A stretch of DNA of 64,000 bases from a virus. Location: positions 32,001-96,000 of the IMG/VR virus record IMGVR_UViG_3300045303_000152; one strand, written 5' to 3'. Below are positions 10,199 through 20,526 of the stretch, piece after piece. The notes below the pieces were generated by a model. That model was not told the DNA's origin, made no database searches, and saw nothing but the letters and a program-made list of their open reading frames with translations. The position numbers and the translations under genes were made by a program. Every line of letters begins with the position of its first letter. Within the stretch, counting starts at the first letter, position 1.

Positions 10199-10596
10199 CC
10201 ATGTTTACCAGAAGCCAAGCCAATGAAACAGCAAGTGCAATCATGTCGAGAAATACTACCTTCAAGGTGCTCGCTATCGTAGCGGTCAGCTGGACTCTCG
10301 GGCATCTATGGTCGAGCGTTAACCTGCTGGATAGGCGCGTAGCAACACTAGAAGCCGCCACCTCGACGTTGCAGCAATTGCAATTAGAACGGCAAAGGCA
10401 AAGCGATGCGCGTTAGAACCTACCGCAAGCAACAAAAGCGTAAGCGAGTAGTGCAAACTCGCTTGCTGCACTATTGGTGGATTATTGAAGATCCGGCTAT
10501 AATAGGCTCAGGTACGACTTGCATCAGATGTGGAGAAGTGCGTACGCTCGATAATATTCTATCAATATGCCCCGGCGAACGGTTGGAGAGTTAGCT

Positions 10597-10914
10597 ATGC
10601 ACACCATTCGAGCAGAAGCTACGGAAGCAATCAGCGACTTCGCTAAGCGCATGGTTGTCGAGGCGTACACGCGCAACGACATGGTCTTTGGACTATTCAA
10701 CGAGCACACGTTGATGGCCAAGCCGGGCACCAAGGCTGAGGAAGTTGTGAGCATGTGGGATAGGCTACAATTGCGCGCTGCTATCAAGAACCAGCTAAAA
10801 CAGATGAATGCCCAGCGTCGCGGTCGTGGCATTACGTGGACTACAATGAGCGCCGATTGGTATCAAGAGTATGCTAGGCTGGAAGCACAACTAGCCAAGC
10901 TATCGAAAGGGTGA
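10597..10914 (+). CDS. Hypothetical protein
   Basis: GGAGAG RBS before ATG 10597; in a coupled gene run. Confidence 0.55.
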   Translation: MHTIRAEATEAISDFAKRMVVEAYTRNDMVFGLFNEHTLMAKPGTKAEEVVSMWDRLQLRAAIKNQLKQMNAQRRGRGITWTTMSADWYQEYARLEAQLAKLSKG

Positions 10915-11144
10915 CAGAAATGGCCGATGTACCAAAAGAGCACGCAACTCGTATCAGCAAGTGGTGGAGTAGCTTAACTGAAGCCCAGCGAGCCGATGTA
11001 TTAAAGATGATAGATGCTCATAACGCAAGCGAGCGTCGGTGGGAGGTAGCGACTAAGATTCTGCGATTTGTAATGCTGTGGCTGGTGCTCATGGCCGTGG
11101 TTGTGCCTATCACGCTGGTAATCGTCCGGCGGCTGTTCGAATGA
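10911..11144 (+). CDS. Small membrane protein
   Basis: C-terminal hydrophobic helix; GTGA overlap with the upstream gene. Confidence 0.55.
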   Translation: MTEMADVPKEHATRISKWWSSLTEAQRADVLKMIDAHNASERRWEVATKILRFVMLWLVLMAVVVPITLVIVRRLFE

Positions 11145-11400
11145 CTTGCTGAGCAAAACCAATGGACTAGCCCTCGCATGAGTACAAGTCGCAATTGAGT
11201 TTCAGCCGAATTTGCAACCTTTCGCCAGCGCAGGCGTTACTATGGCGTGAGGCTCAGGCGAGCCGAATGGGTGAAAGGATCAAATCACCATGGGCAATCC
11301 GATCGCAGTGATGTGGTTATTGGGAAATATAGCCCTCACAATTGGAGGCTGCATGGTACTGCGCTACTACCTGATGAACCACGACAAGAGGTAACATGCA

Positions 11401-11649
11401 ATGGGCATAGAAGCCATCGTGATGGGGCTCATCTATCTCTGCCTCATCGTCATAGCCATTTACCTAGTGATCTGGGTACTTGGCCAGCTCGGCATCAGCA
11501 TTCCAGACAACATCATGAAGGTGCTCTGGGTGATCGTGGTGCTGATCGCAGTGCTGGTGCTCGTTCGCACCGTGTTACCCGGCATGGGTATCAGATTAGG
11601 CGCCGTACATCACGGCGCGGTGCAGTACGTCATGGCAGCCATAACGTAG
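11401..11649 (+). CDS. Two-helix membrane protein (Thivi_2564-like)
   Basis: Two hydrophobic helices joined by GISIPDNI.K. Confidence 0.6.
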   Translation: MGIEAIVMGLIYLCLIVIAIYLVIWVLGQLGISIPDNIMKVLWVIVVLIAVLVLVRTVLPGMGIRLGAVHHGAVQYVMAAIT

Positions 11650-11684
11650 AACTCTAACCCCTGAAGTAACTGGCGCAAACTGAG

Positions 11685-11718
11685 GAGGCCCTAGGCTAAA
11701 CCCCTAGGGCCTCTTTTT
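11685..11718 (+). terminator. Intrinsic terminator between convergent genes
   Basis: gaggccctagg-ctaaac-ccctagggcctc followed by TTTTT. Confidence 0.85.
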
Positions 11719-11736
11719 CATGTCAGCAAGGTAGAT

Positions 11737-12180
11737 TTAGCTGACGGTCGGCGTGATGGCGATAGATGATAGCACTTGAGGCTCGGGCACCACTTCGACA
11801 TCTAGTGTCGCGGTGAACAAAACCCCACCAACGGTCACTTTGACATTGATGGTATCTACCCCCGCTGCGACAGGTACGGCACTAGCTGAAAGCCCATCTG
11901 CCGAACTGGTCAGCGTTTCGACCCCGGCATCCATGTTTTGCCACACCGGCACGTCATCTGGCACCACGGGTGAAAGCATGGGGTTGCCGTGCTGGTCTAG
12001 AAACGAAATGGCCGCTGTGAGGCTATGGCCAAGCGACAGTTTCACGTTCATGTAAACTTCTCCTTCGAAGGCTAAACCGCTACTGATGATTTCATCACCT
12101 AGCATCAAGAGCATGTACGTCGGGTGTTGCTTGTGCTTGTGATGCTTTCGGTGATGTTTGCGACGTATGTGCTTGAACAT
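11737..12180 (-). CDS. Hypothetical protein (His/Lys-rich N-term, beta-rich C-term)
   Basis: 147-aa ORF with GAGG RBS, ending at the terminator. Confidence 0.55.
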   Translation of the reverse strand: MFKHIRRKHHRKHHKHKQHPTYMLLMLGDEIISSGLAFEGEVYMNVKLSLGHSLTAAISFLDQHGNPMLSPVVPDDVPVWQNMDAGVETLTSSADGLSASAVPVAAGVDTINVKVTVGGVLFTATLDVEVVPEPQVLSSIAITPTVS

Positions 12181-12276
12181 TCTTAGTACCTCGTCATGGC
12201 TCGTACCCCTTTTCGCTCTGAGCTAAAACTTGCTACCTGCGCCCCTTGCATACGCGCAAAGTGTGACGGCAGCAAG

Positions 12277-12771
12277 TCAGCTAAAGCGGGCGAACTCGCC
12301 GTGGAATTTTCAGGCAGCTTTGCGGTAGGCGAGCCATGCTTTGAATGGAGTGTTGAAGGTACCGAGCCGGTGTACTTTACGGTTTTTAGTGATTGTAGCT
12401 TTGTACTGATGTGGACTCACACAATGAACGCCTTTGTAGTCGCTAGATTTGGTCATTCGCTTTTTGTTGGCCATGTTTTGTGAGAACGTAGCTAGTCGTA
12501 AGTTGGTCCAACGATCATTAGCAGGCATGACGTCTCTGTGTTCTATTTGATAGCCGTGTGGGGGCCATTCACCTTTTACGATCACCCAAATTAGATGCGA
12601 TGCTTGGTATCGACCGTAGTCTAACCACACTTGCCTGTGCCCGTCGCTTACGATGGTGCCGGCAATGCTTCCAGCTCTTACACGTTGTCGGCTTTTGCGC
12701 CATGTGAGCACGCCCGTTTTTGGATCGTACTTCAATATGCTGCGAACTCGTTTTATGGAAGGTTTGCTCAT
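12277..12771 (-). CDS. HNH-AP2 endonuclease with an in-frame TGA near the C-terminus
   Basis: YDPKTG, IEH.D...ND.W.NLRLAT..QN..N, YKGV, LGTF. TGA at 12310-12312 is followed in frame by KFHGEFARFS*. Confidence 0.8.
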
Positions 12772-12834
12772 TTGGGCCTGACGTTGGGGGTTGCGTAGCA
12801 TTAACATACGTTGTGCGATTTAGCTAGAACTCGG

Positions 12835-12848
12835 GTTCAAAATTGCAC
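12835..12848. promoter_or_regulatory. Palindrome copy 2 (one mismatch)
   Basis: tagaac-tcgg-GTTCAAAATTGCAC. Confidence 0.55.
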
Positions 12849-13624
12849 TGATGTTCTAATACCCCAATTTTGCCGTAAAAATTGGCGGATGTAAAATTTG
12901 CGAAAGGGCTTTTGACCCCTGGCTACTTAGATCTTTTACCGGATTTACCTTAGAAAATTATATCTACAGAATTTTGGGGCTGCCCCGCAAAGTTGTATCC
13001 GCATCTGTTGCTGGAAATCAACACAGTGAAAATTTCGAACAACCAGTCTGAGCCAGCGCTTGACATCCGTTGTATTTACATCCGAACGTCAATGCATAAA
13101 GCCTTTGATTTACTTGTCAATATGGCTCTTTTGCAACACGTTGCATTCTGCGATTGACGTGTCTTTTTGGCAACGATTTGTATTGCATCTACACTTCCGC
13201 TTCGGGCTGGCGTTGCCCAATTGTAAATAAAAGGCGACCTGTGATCCCCCGACAACACTTCAATTGAAAACCCGACATCGCACACAACTGCCATTGACTA
13301 TGGCAATCGCAACACTGATTTGCAATGCACCTACATCCCCAGCAGGTTCGCGACCGTAACTCCCTCGCAACACTGGCTCGCACAATCGCACAAACGCACG
13401 GCATTGCAACATCGAATGACTATTGACACGCACGAATCACTTCCAGGCTAGGGTACTAGCTAAAGGCTCGTTTGCTTGTCAGCGGCCACGCTAGGCGCAT
13501 TGGCTGCGTTGAGCCTTACAACTCTGTCATTGGCACAAGGTTTGCACTCGCGCACACATGCGCATGCCTGAGCAATGAGCGACCGATCACCCTGGCAAAC
13601 TCTAGTTGCAACAGCACCGCAACG

Positions 13625-13640
13625 TTAACGCTTTTTTAAC
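13625..13640 (+). promoter_or_regulatory. CtrA-box consensus match
   Basis: TTAA-cgctttt-TTAAC in non-coding DNA upstream of the early genes. Confidence 0.55.
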
Positions 13641-14115
13641 TGATTGCGCCTTATACCTTGGGCGTCGTCGGGTTGACGGCATGGGTACCTAGCGCCGTGA
13701 TGGCGTCAGTTGCCCCCCTATGAAACCCGATGCCCCAACCGGCGCCCATTCACTCGGCTTTTGCGCGCTGCTGCTGCGGGGTTTGCTACCAGCATCGCCA
13801 GTGCCCATCGTGGCCGCGTGCGAGGCATGGTCGGCCGCTAGTGCGGTCGGGCAATAGCACTCACGAGCTAGAGCACCAACGTCGCCCCATTGCTTACCGT
13901 CACACGCGCGCACCGTCGCTGCACCGTGACGCGGGCATGGCTACCGGCGCCCGTAACCCCTAGCACCAACAAACCCCAAACTTGCGAAACCCATGTTTCG
14001 CCTTCAATGCTCGGCACGCGCGCACCGTCGCCACAGCACGAGCATTGCGGCCGATACCATCGGGCATGATTGAACTAATCAGCATGCAAACCAACATCGA
14101 CGGGGGTTTTACACT

Positions 14116-14367
14116 ATGACGCGAATTGATCGGTACAAGCACAATCGCAACGTTGCCGAGCAATCGGCAACACTCACGGTCGGCTCAATTGTGCGCATCA
14201 CTAGCGAGCACAATTTTTACAACGGTCGGCTTGCAGTCATCATCGGGCACGTTCAATTCGCAATGAGCGAGCTTGATTGCTATTGGGTGCGTATCACTGA
14301 TACGCAAGTCACTTGCCTTGAACGGGCAAACGAACTGCGCTTGATTGATCGTCAGCACTCAAACTAA
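14116..14367 (+). CDS. Early hypothetical protein (SH3/KOW-like)
   Basis: GGGGG RBS; VGSIVRI...NGRLAVI. Confidence 0.6.
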   Translation: MTRIDRYKHNRNVAEQSATLTVGSIVRITSEHNFYNGRLAVIIGHVQFAMSELDCYWVRITDTQVTCLERANELRLIDRQHSN

Positions 14368-14380
14368 GGGGTTTACACTG

Positions 14381-14800
14381 ATGGTTAAACGCCCATTCGA
14401 CGGCATCAACGTTGATGCCTTGCAAGCTTGGCTCGATAACTTCGAGCGAGCGCACCCGACGACTAGCGTTAAGCCGGCCTTGCCCACTAAGGCGCAAACG
14501 TTTGCCGAGCTTGATCGACTCGCAACACCAACAACCCTTGCGACCGTGAGCATTCGCACGCGCAAGGGTTATCGACCGCTGAAGGGTTACAGCTACCCAT
14601 TCGACAGTACACCGAATGATAGCGTCGTGCATACGCTGGTGCATTGTTGGTTCATTGATTACGTCGGCCCCGACAAGCCCGCGCGCTATGGCAATGTCGA
14701 AATTTCGGCCGACGAAACGGCGACTTTGCTTGCATGGGTAGCCGAGTGGCGCATTGCGCGTCGTCGCCCCATCAAACGCGTGGCTAACTGCTATCGCTAA
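14381..14800 (+). CDS. Early hypothetical protein
   Basis: GGGG RBS 9 nt before ATG 14381. Confidence 0.6.
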   Translation: MVKRPFDGINVDALQAWLDNFERAHPTTSVKPALPTKAQTFAELDRLATPTTLATVSIRTRKGYRPLKGYSYPFDSTPNDSVVHTLVHCWFIDYVGPDKPARYGNVEISADETATLLAWVAEWRIARRRPIKRVANCYR

Positions 14801-14920
14801 CCTTGCCTCGCCTCACTTGCCTGCGATCACTCGCGGGCTTGTGGGCCGATGCAATCGCATCGGTTGCCGTTTCGGCTTAGGCCCACGGCGAAAACACTGC
14901 ACACTGAGGGGTTTACGATC

Positions 14921-15271
14921 ATGGCTCGTTCGATCAAGCATGCCAAGGCCAAGGGCGCGACCGTCACCAAGGCCAATGGCAAGGCCAAGTCGGCCAAGTC
15001 GCGCAAGGGCGCCAAGTCGCGCAAGGGCGCCAAGTCGCGCGTTGTCGCTCGCGAGTACCAGCCCAAGCCCGGTACCGGGCTCGAGTTCACCGACGACACG
15101 CGCATCACTGTGCTAGTGCGCGAAAACCCGAAGCGTGGCAAATCGGCCAAGCGCTTCGCAGGGTACCTCACCAAAAAGCCGAAAACCGTCGCGGCCGCGA
15201 TTGCCGCCGGCCTCACCCGCGCCGACATTCGCTGGGATGCCGGCAAGGGTTTCATCAAGCTGGGCAAGTAA
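14921..15271 (+). CDS. Lys/Ala-rich histone-like protein with C-terminal NPKR domain
   Basis: AKSRKG repeats; ITVL..NPKR...TV..A..AG.T..D..WD...FIK shared with 46512-47147. Confidence 0.8.
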   Translation: MARSIKHAKAKGATVTKANGKAKSAKSRKGAKSRKGAKSRVVAREYQPKPGTGLEFTDDTRITVLVRENPKRGKSAKRFAGYLTKKPKTVAAAIAAGLTRADIRWDAGKGFIKLGK

Positions 15272-15327
15272 GCTCGGCTAGTCGCGTGGTAGCGTAGCGC
15301 GTCAAACATCAGCCCACAAACTGCAAC

Positions 15328-15379
15328 GCCCACGCGCACACGGTTGCCAAGCTGGCGATTGTGTGGCGTGGGCTTTTTT
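15328..15379 (+). terminator. Long-stem intrinsic terminator
   Basis: gcccacgc...gcgtgggc followed by TTTTTT. Confidence 0.65.
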
Positions 15380-15506
15380 GTTTGTACACTACCAATCATC
15401 ATGGGGGTTCACATGCTCGACAAGCTTTGCGCGTGGGCATACCGGCTGCCGTTTCGTTTGTGCGAGCCGGCTTACCTGCGAGCCGACTACTGGCGCGAGG
15501 TGCATC

Positions 15507-15701
15507 ATGCATCGCGGCATACATAAGCTAATTCACCAATGGGTTGCTCGGCACAACGTTTGGGCAATCATAGCGTTTTGTGTACTGATGATTTACGCAC
15601 CTCGCGTGCTGCAAGTCGCGTGGCCGTTCATTGGCCAGCTAGCTTGCGCGACAATCGTAGCCTGCGCGGTCGCGGCAATCGTCGCACGCTTCACACGTTG
15701 A
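15507..15701 (+). CDS. Early small membrane protein
   Basis: GAGGT RBS; two hydrophobic segments. Confidence 0.5.
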   Translation: MHRGIHKLIHQWVARHNVWAIIAFCVLMIYAPRVLQVAWPFIGQLACATIVACAVAAIVARFTR

Positions 15702-15916
15702 ACGTTTCGCCTCACGGGCTCGCACGATGCGAGCTTGTGGGCCGACACGTGGCGCAATCATGTGTCGGGCTTGTTGCCGCGCGCCAAGTACGGCGCAACG
15801 CCTGATGAGGTTAGCCGGGTTCAACCCGTTACCCGCTAAACCTCATTGGCCGTTGCACTGAGCGGCGGGCGCGCTGGCGATTGTCAGCGTGCAAACTAAA
15901 CTCAATGGGGGTTCAT

Positions 15917-16099
15917 GTGCGATACGCAATTGTTGACTTGCGCACCGGGGAAACCATGCGCGTTTGCGTCAGCATGCTCGCAGCGTTGCGTGAGGTGCGG
16001 CGCTTCAATGACCACGCGGCACAATGGCACGGCGCCTTGTCGCGCTACGCGATTGTGCCGACTTATGACGCGGCGAACCTTTGCGGGTTCGAACTGTGA
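15917..16099 (+). CDS. Early hypothetical protein
   Basis: GGGGG RBS before GTG 15917. Confidence 0.55.
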   Translation: MRYAIVDLRTGETMRVCVSMLAALREVRRFNDHAAQWHGALSRYAIVPTYDAANLCGFEL

Positions 16100-16198
16100 C
16101 GCCTGACAAGCTGCGAGCCTCGCACGTTCGCAGCTTGTCGGCCGCTACAGGCTAGCGGCGCCTCGCAATCGTGCGAGGTGCAATCGACGGGGGTTCAC

Positions 16199-16426
16199 AT
16201 GATGCAATCGCATAGCGTCACTCAGTTGCGCCACGCCATGACTCACGGCCACTATCGCCGCATGCGCGCGGGTGACCTGTTGACGGGCTTGGTGCTCGGC
16301 ATGGCACTCGGCATGGCACTCGGCACAATCATCACGCTCGCATGCCTGCGACTTGATGAACTGACGCACAGCAGCGCCCGCGCGGTCGTGAGCGAGCGCA
16401 CGTGCATCGAGGCGATGTTACGCTAA
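16199..16426 (+). CDS. Early small membrane protein
   Basis: GGGGG RBS; LGMALGMALG helix. Confidence 0.55.
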   Translation: MMQSHSVTQLRHAMTHGHYRRMRAGDLLTGLVLGMALGMALGTIITLACLRLDELTHSSARAVVSERTCIEAMLR

Positions 16427-16881
16427 CCCGCTGCTGCCTGCTGCTACCCTCGCGAGGGTAGCAGTGGCCAGCAACGGCAGTTGTATCCGCAACACCGTTG
16501 CTTGTCGCACGCAAGCCGAGTTGTATATCAAAGTAGTTCATGTTGGAATTGCAACTTGTTGGTGTGTCAGCGGTCGCGGTCGCGAGGCTCGCGAGGGTAG
16601 CTGGCCACGGGCTTGCGAGGCGCGATGCCGCATATGGTCACAATGGGGCCTAGCGCGGTCGCTGGCTCGCATCGTGCGAGGTGCGGCACTGCCCTAGCCG
16701 CGCGCGGTCGCTGGCCACGGGCGACGCTGCTAGGGGGCTTGCGTGCGTTGCGTGACGTGCGGTCGCTGGCCAGCTCGGCAGCTTGCCCAGCTCGGGGCCG
16801 ACCGTGGCAGAGTTGTATAGTCAACAGAAGTCGAGTTTCCTCAACCTGAGGTTTCAATGCACATACATCTTCGCCTTGACT

Positions 16882-16962
16882 GTACATCTGAACCGCGTTC
16901 ATCTTGTAGCTACATTCTGAACCGCGTTCATCTTGCATATGCATCTGATCAGCGTTCAGTTG
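16882..16962. repeat. Three ~30-bp imperfect tandem repeats, each with an internal palindrome
   Basis: ctgaaccgcgttcatcttg twice, then ctgatcagcgttcagttg. Confidence 0.75.
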
Positions 16963-18379
16963 CATGTCGAACGCAGGCAGGCAGGCGGCGGCTCCTTGTA
17001 ATCGGCCTCGGTCGCCTCGGTCGCGCCGAAGTCCAGCAAATCTGAGATTTGTCTTGGGAAAATCTTAAATCTGAAGCTCGAAGCTTTTTGCCTCGGTCGC
17101 TTTTTCAACAATTCAATTCGAAACTTTCACAAACGATCCTTATGACGCCGCCCCACGCGCGGGCGCGCGCTGCCATGTTGTTGACGATTTGCTCGGCGAT
17201 GCTGGGCAACTCCTTAGCAACAGATGCAGCTTTTGCTATAAGCTCAACGCTGAGCGATAGCACTAGCCTTGGGCTAGATCTACAGCATTGTTGCAAATCG
17301 TACATCGTATGATCGGCATGCGAGGTTCGAAAAACGGTTTTTCAATTTCGATTTGGATTTTCCAAGTTCAAAATTTCCAAGTGCCAGTGAGGAAGCAACC
17401 AGTGCAACAAGTGAGGAGCGTGCTATGAAAGTGTCAGAAGCAGGCGTGCTGACATTTCAGGGGGTCAGCTTCAATTACACCCTGAGGAAGCCAGAGCACT
17501 ATCGCAGTGCGATGTTTCAATACTGCAATCGCAACGCCTTCAAGGTTGAAGATAGCAGAATATGGGGCATCGAGCTGGAACATGCAATCGAGTGCTTACG
17601 CAAGTACGCGCAACTGAAGCTGCCCGACATCATCGCCGATCAAGAGGCGATGTTTCGAGCTCTCGGCTTCAACGTAACGTGGGGCACTAACAGCAAGGCC
17701 CAACACGTCATCATCATTCACTAAGGAGAAAGGATCATGCCCGCCCCGTTAGGCAAAACGATCAGGCTCGAAACCTACAAGAAGAATGTGTACCGATGCG
17801 TAACGAACATTCGGTATCAAGAAACCCAACTGCATGAGCTAACGATGCAGTTGGCCGGAACTACAAACCTGTACCGTCAGTCGAAGCTGCGCAAGCTTAT
17901 CAAGAATAAGCACTTCACCATCGCACGCTGGCGTGACAAGTTAAAGTTCGAGAATGCTCGCGAGATAGAACCTGAGCCTAGACCAACACGAGTACGCTAA
18001 CCTGCACTGCACAGTCTGACACTCAATGGAGCATGACTATGCCTATCAGCCGAAAGACCAACCTGCCGCCCACCAAGCCCAAGGTAAAGGTAGAAGAAGC
18101 TGCGCCTACCCCAAGCGTCGAGTACAAGCCTTCTACAACCAAATACCTGTTCACGCCCAAGCATCACCGCAAGCTCGCTGAGTTCTGCGCTGCTCATATC
18201 AAGAAGGTTGAGCAGCGTGAGCGTGAGCAAGCATGGCAAATGGCCTATGATATGGGCGAGATGTTACAAGCCGACCATCGCGAGCACTTCAAGCCAACTG
18301 AGTTCTTCGCGCTGGTACATCAGCTAGTAGACCAGAAGTAAACTGCACACACTGCACAACTAACAAATGGAGCACTACT

Positions 18380-18898
18380 ATGCCTAGGTTCGAATACATG
18401 AAGCTCAATCTTAGTCATGAAGATCGTGACGGCGATGATGTGGATAGCTTGAACTACTACGGCGAGCAGGGTTGGCAAGTCATCGCCGTGCAAGTGAACG
18501 GCATGGCATATCTGATGCGGGCTGTAGAAGAAACTACTAGTGCAACCGTCGACACGCCACCTGCAAGCCCGCGTGGTGTGCTGACGCTCGACGTAACATC
18601 CTTCGACCGCAAGGCTGATGAGACAATGTTGCGCGAGCTACACATACTGCGCAAACTGGCTACACAGGAAATAACGAAGTTGTCAGAGTTTGTTGAGGTG
18701 GTTCAATATCTGGAACCGACCGTCGAGTATGCGTCGGTAGTAGCGCTGCTCGACAGGCTCGAGAACGTCGGCGTGGTTACGCGGCCCCAGAAGGGCAAAT
18801 ATACGGCAGGCCCGAATGCACAGCAATATATGCTGCTACTTATTCAAACGCTGACGGAACGGAAAGTAGAAATACCCAATGGGGTTCACAAGAAGTAA
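18380..18898 (+). CDS. Hypothetical protein with DUF4177-like N-terminus
   Basis: FEY...LNYYGEQGWQVIAV; GGAG RBS. Confidence 0.55.
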   Translation: MPRFEYMKLNLSHEDRDGDDVDSLNYYGEQGWQVIAVQVNGMAYLMRAVEETTSATVDTPPASPRGVLTLDVTSFDRKADETMLRELHILRKLATQEITKLSEFVEVVQYLEPTVEYASVVALLDRLENVGVVTRPQKGKYTAGPNAQQYMLLLIQTLTERKVEIPNGVHKK

Positions 18899-19722
18899 GC
18901 AGCGCCTAAACCAAACCAGCTAATGAGGGGGAATATCAAATGCCCGCGACTGACAACGCCTTGATGGCAAAGCCTCGTAATGTGGATGTTACCGATGCAC
19001 GCACCCCGATGTGGATTGTACGCAAGATCGTACATCGCTTGGTGCTCGACTTCGGCAGCATCTACGTGGTTGATCAGATACAAGTGGCGATGGTTGGCAA
19101 GGCGTATGGGTTTATGGTCAGTTTCGAACTGACGCCCCAATCACCAAACGTGGAGTTGATGTTCAACGTGAGAATTGCGTACTTCGACTATGTTGGGGAG
19201 ATCAAGTGGTGTTGCCTTACTACCAGAAATGAGGTAACTGGGAGGTGGCAGTAATGTCAACACAATACGCCGTCATGCGGCGGAGGGAAGTGAATATGTG
19301 GTATGTTGAGATGTGCAATGGCAAACGTCACGGCCCATTCGAAAGCTATGAAGATGCTAACCAAATGGCTAGCGACGACGTAGCCAGAATATACCGGGTT
19401 CACAGCGTATCTCATCTACTGGCCTATGACAGAGCCATGCGCGAGCGGCGTGGCAAGCTGTCGCCCATAACGCTGCCAACGCCAGATCACCCGGCATTGC
19501 GGCGCCTGCTTGACGAGTAGTCGTTCTACCCCAATTACCCCTAGCTATTAATGTAGATCTAGTACCATTAGCTGCCCTAGCTAGCACCCTAGCGCCCAAA
19601 ATTGCTGAACGCTGTATATGCACTAATAGCTACCAGATTTCGACCGTAAATCGCGTATGTTTCGAGTACCGGCCAACGCCGAACCCTACAAACCAACGTC
19701 AACTTATGAAGAGGAACTAACC

Positions 19723-20295
19723 ATGCCTGCATTCATCAATGCCGCGACTGGCAAGCCTGAGAAGAAGCGCATGCGAATGGAAACTACGATGCAAAGCGGC
19801 AATCGCCCATTGTCATTCGAGGATGCGTGCAAAAGGTTCAAGAAGCGCTTCACCCTCGATCACACACCGGGCTGGGCGCGTCACATCGTCGAGCGCACGG
19901 GCAAGTATCCGGCTCCTCGGTACAACAGCGACGTGGAATGGTACCAACGGTCGGAGTTCATCGGTTTCGCTACGACCGGCAGCCGTAAGTACATTCGTGA
20001 GAACGACCCGACATGGCCGGTTGGTCGCTGGCTCGATAAGCCGTTCAAGCGTGAGGAGTTTGGCAAGGTAGCCAAGGCCAAGCAGAAAGCCGAGCGTTAT
20101 GGCACGCAGCGCAAAACGTTGAGTAATCCTACTCCCAAGGCTTTGCAAGAGCTCGATCGGCTGATTACCGCTACCAAGCCCGCTGCACCAACTCAAACGG
20201 TGCCAAAAGGTCGGATCAGCGGTAAGAAGGCCAATCACCGGCCGACCAAAGCTGGCAAGAAGCCGACCAACGGCAACAAGAACGGCAAGAAGTGA
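19723..20295 (+). CDS. Hypothetical protein with Lys-rich tail
   Basis: GAGGA RBS before ATG 19723. Confidence 0.65.
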   Translation: MPAFINAATGKPEKKRMRMETTMQSGNRPLSFEDACKRFKKRFTLDHTPGWARHIVERTGKYPAPRYNSDVEWYQRSEFIGFATTGSRKYIRENDPTWPVGRWLDKPFKREEFGKVAKAKQKAERYGTQRKTLSNPTPKALQELDRLITATKPAAPTQTVPKGRISGKKANHRPTKAGKKPTNGNKNGKK

Positions 20296-20526
20296 ACAAA
20301 CGTCAACTCAAGGAACGTGCGTCATGAGCGAGTCTGAAGCAGTTGCGTGGGTAGCACTGGGCTGGTGCTACTTCTGGGGAGCCATAGTTTCATTTGTACT
20401 GGTCTATATGCTTCGTGCTCCTGATCCAACAATAAATAGGTGGATTGTGCTGGTAACTTTCTCATGGCCAGTAACAATGCCTTGGATGATCGTTGATGCA
20501 CTCGCCAACATGGTGAAGGACAAGAA

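Noticed and set aside
15801-15850. CTGATGAG as a hammerhead ribozyme core
   Set aside because: No GAAA after a stem II; the segment forms a simple hairpin. CTGATGA on the minus strand near 29680 also lacks correct spacing.
13873-16485. GGA avoidance as escape from CsrA/RsmA mRNA binding
   Set aside because: TCC, AGA and TCT are equally absent, so selection is strand-symmetric and DNA-level.
16882-16962. CRISPR mini-array
   Set aside because: Only about 11 nt between repeats, three degenerate copies and no cas genes.
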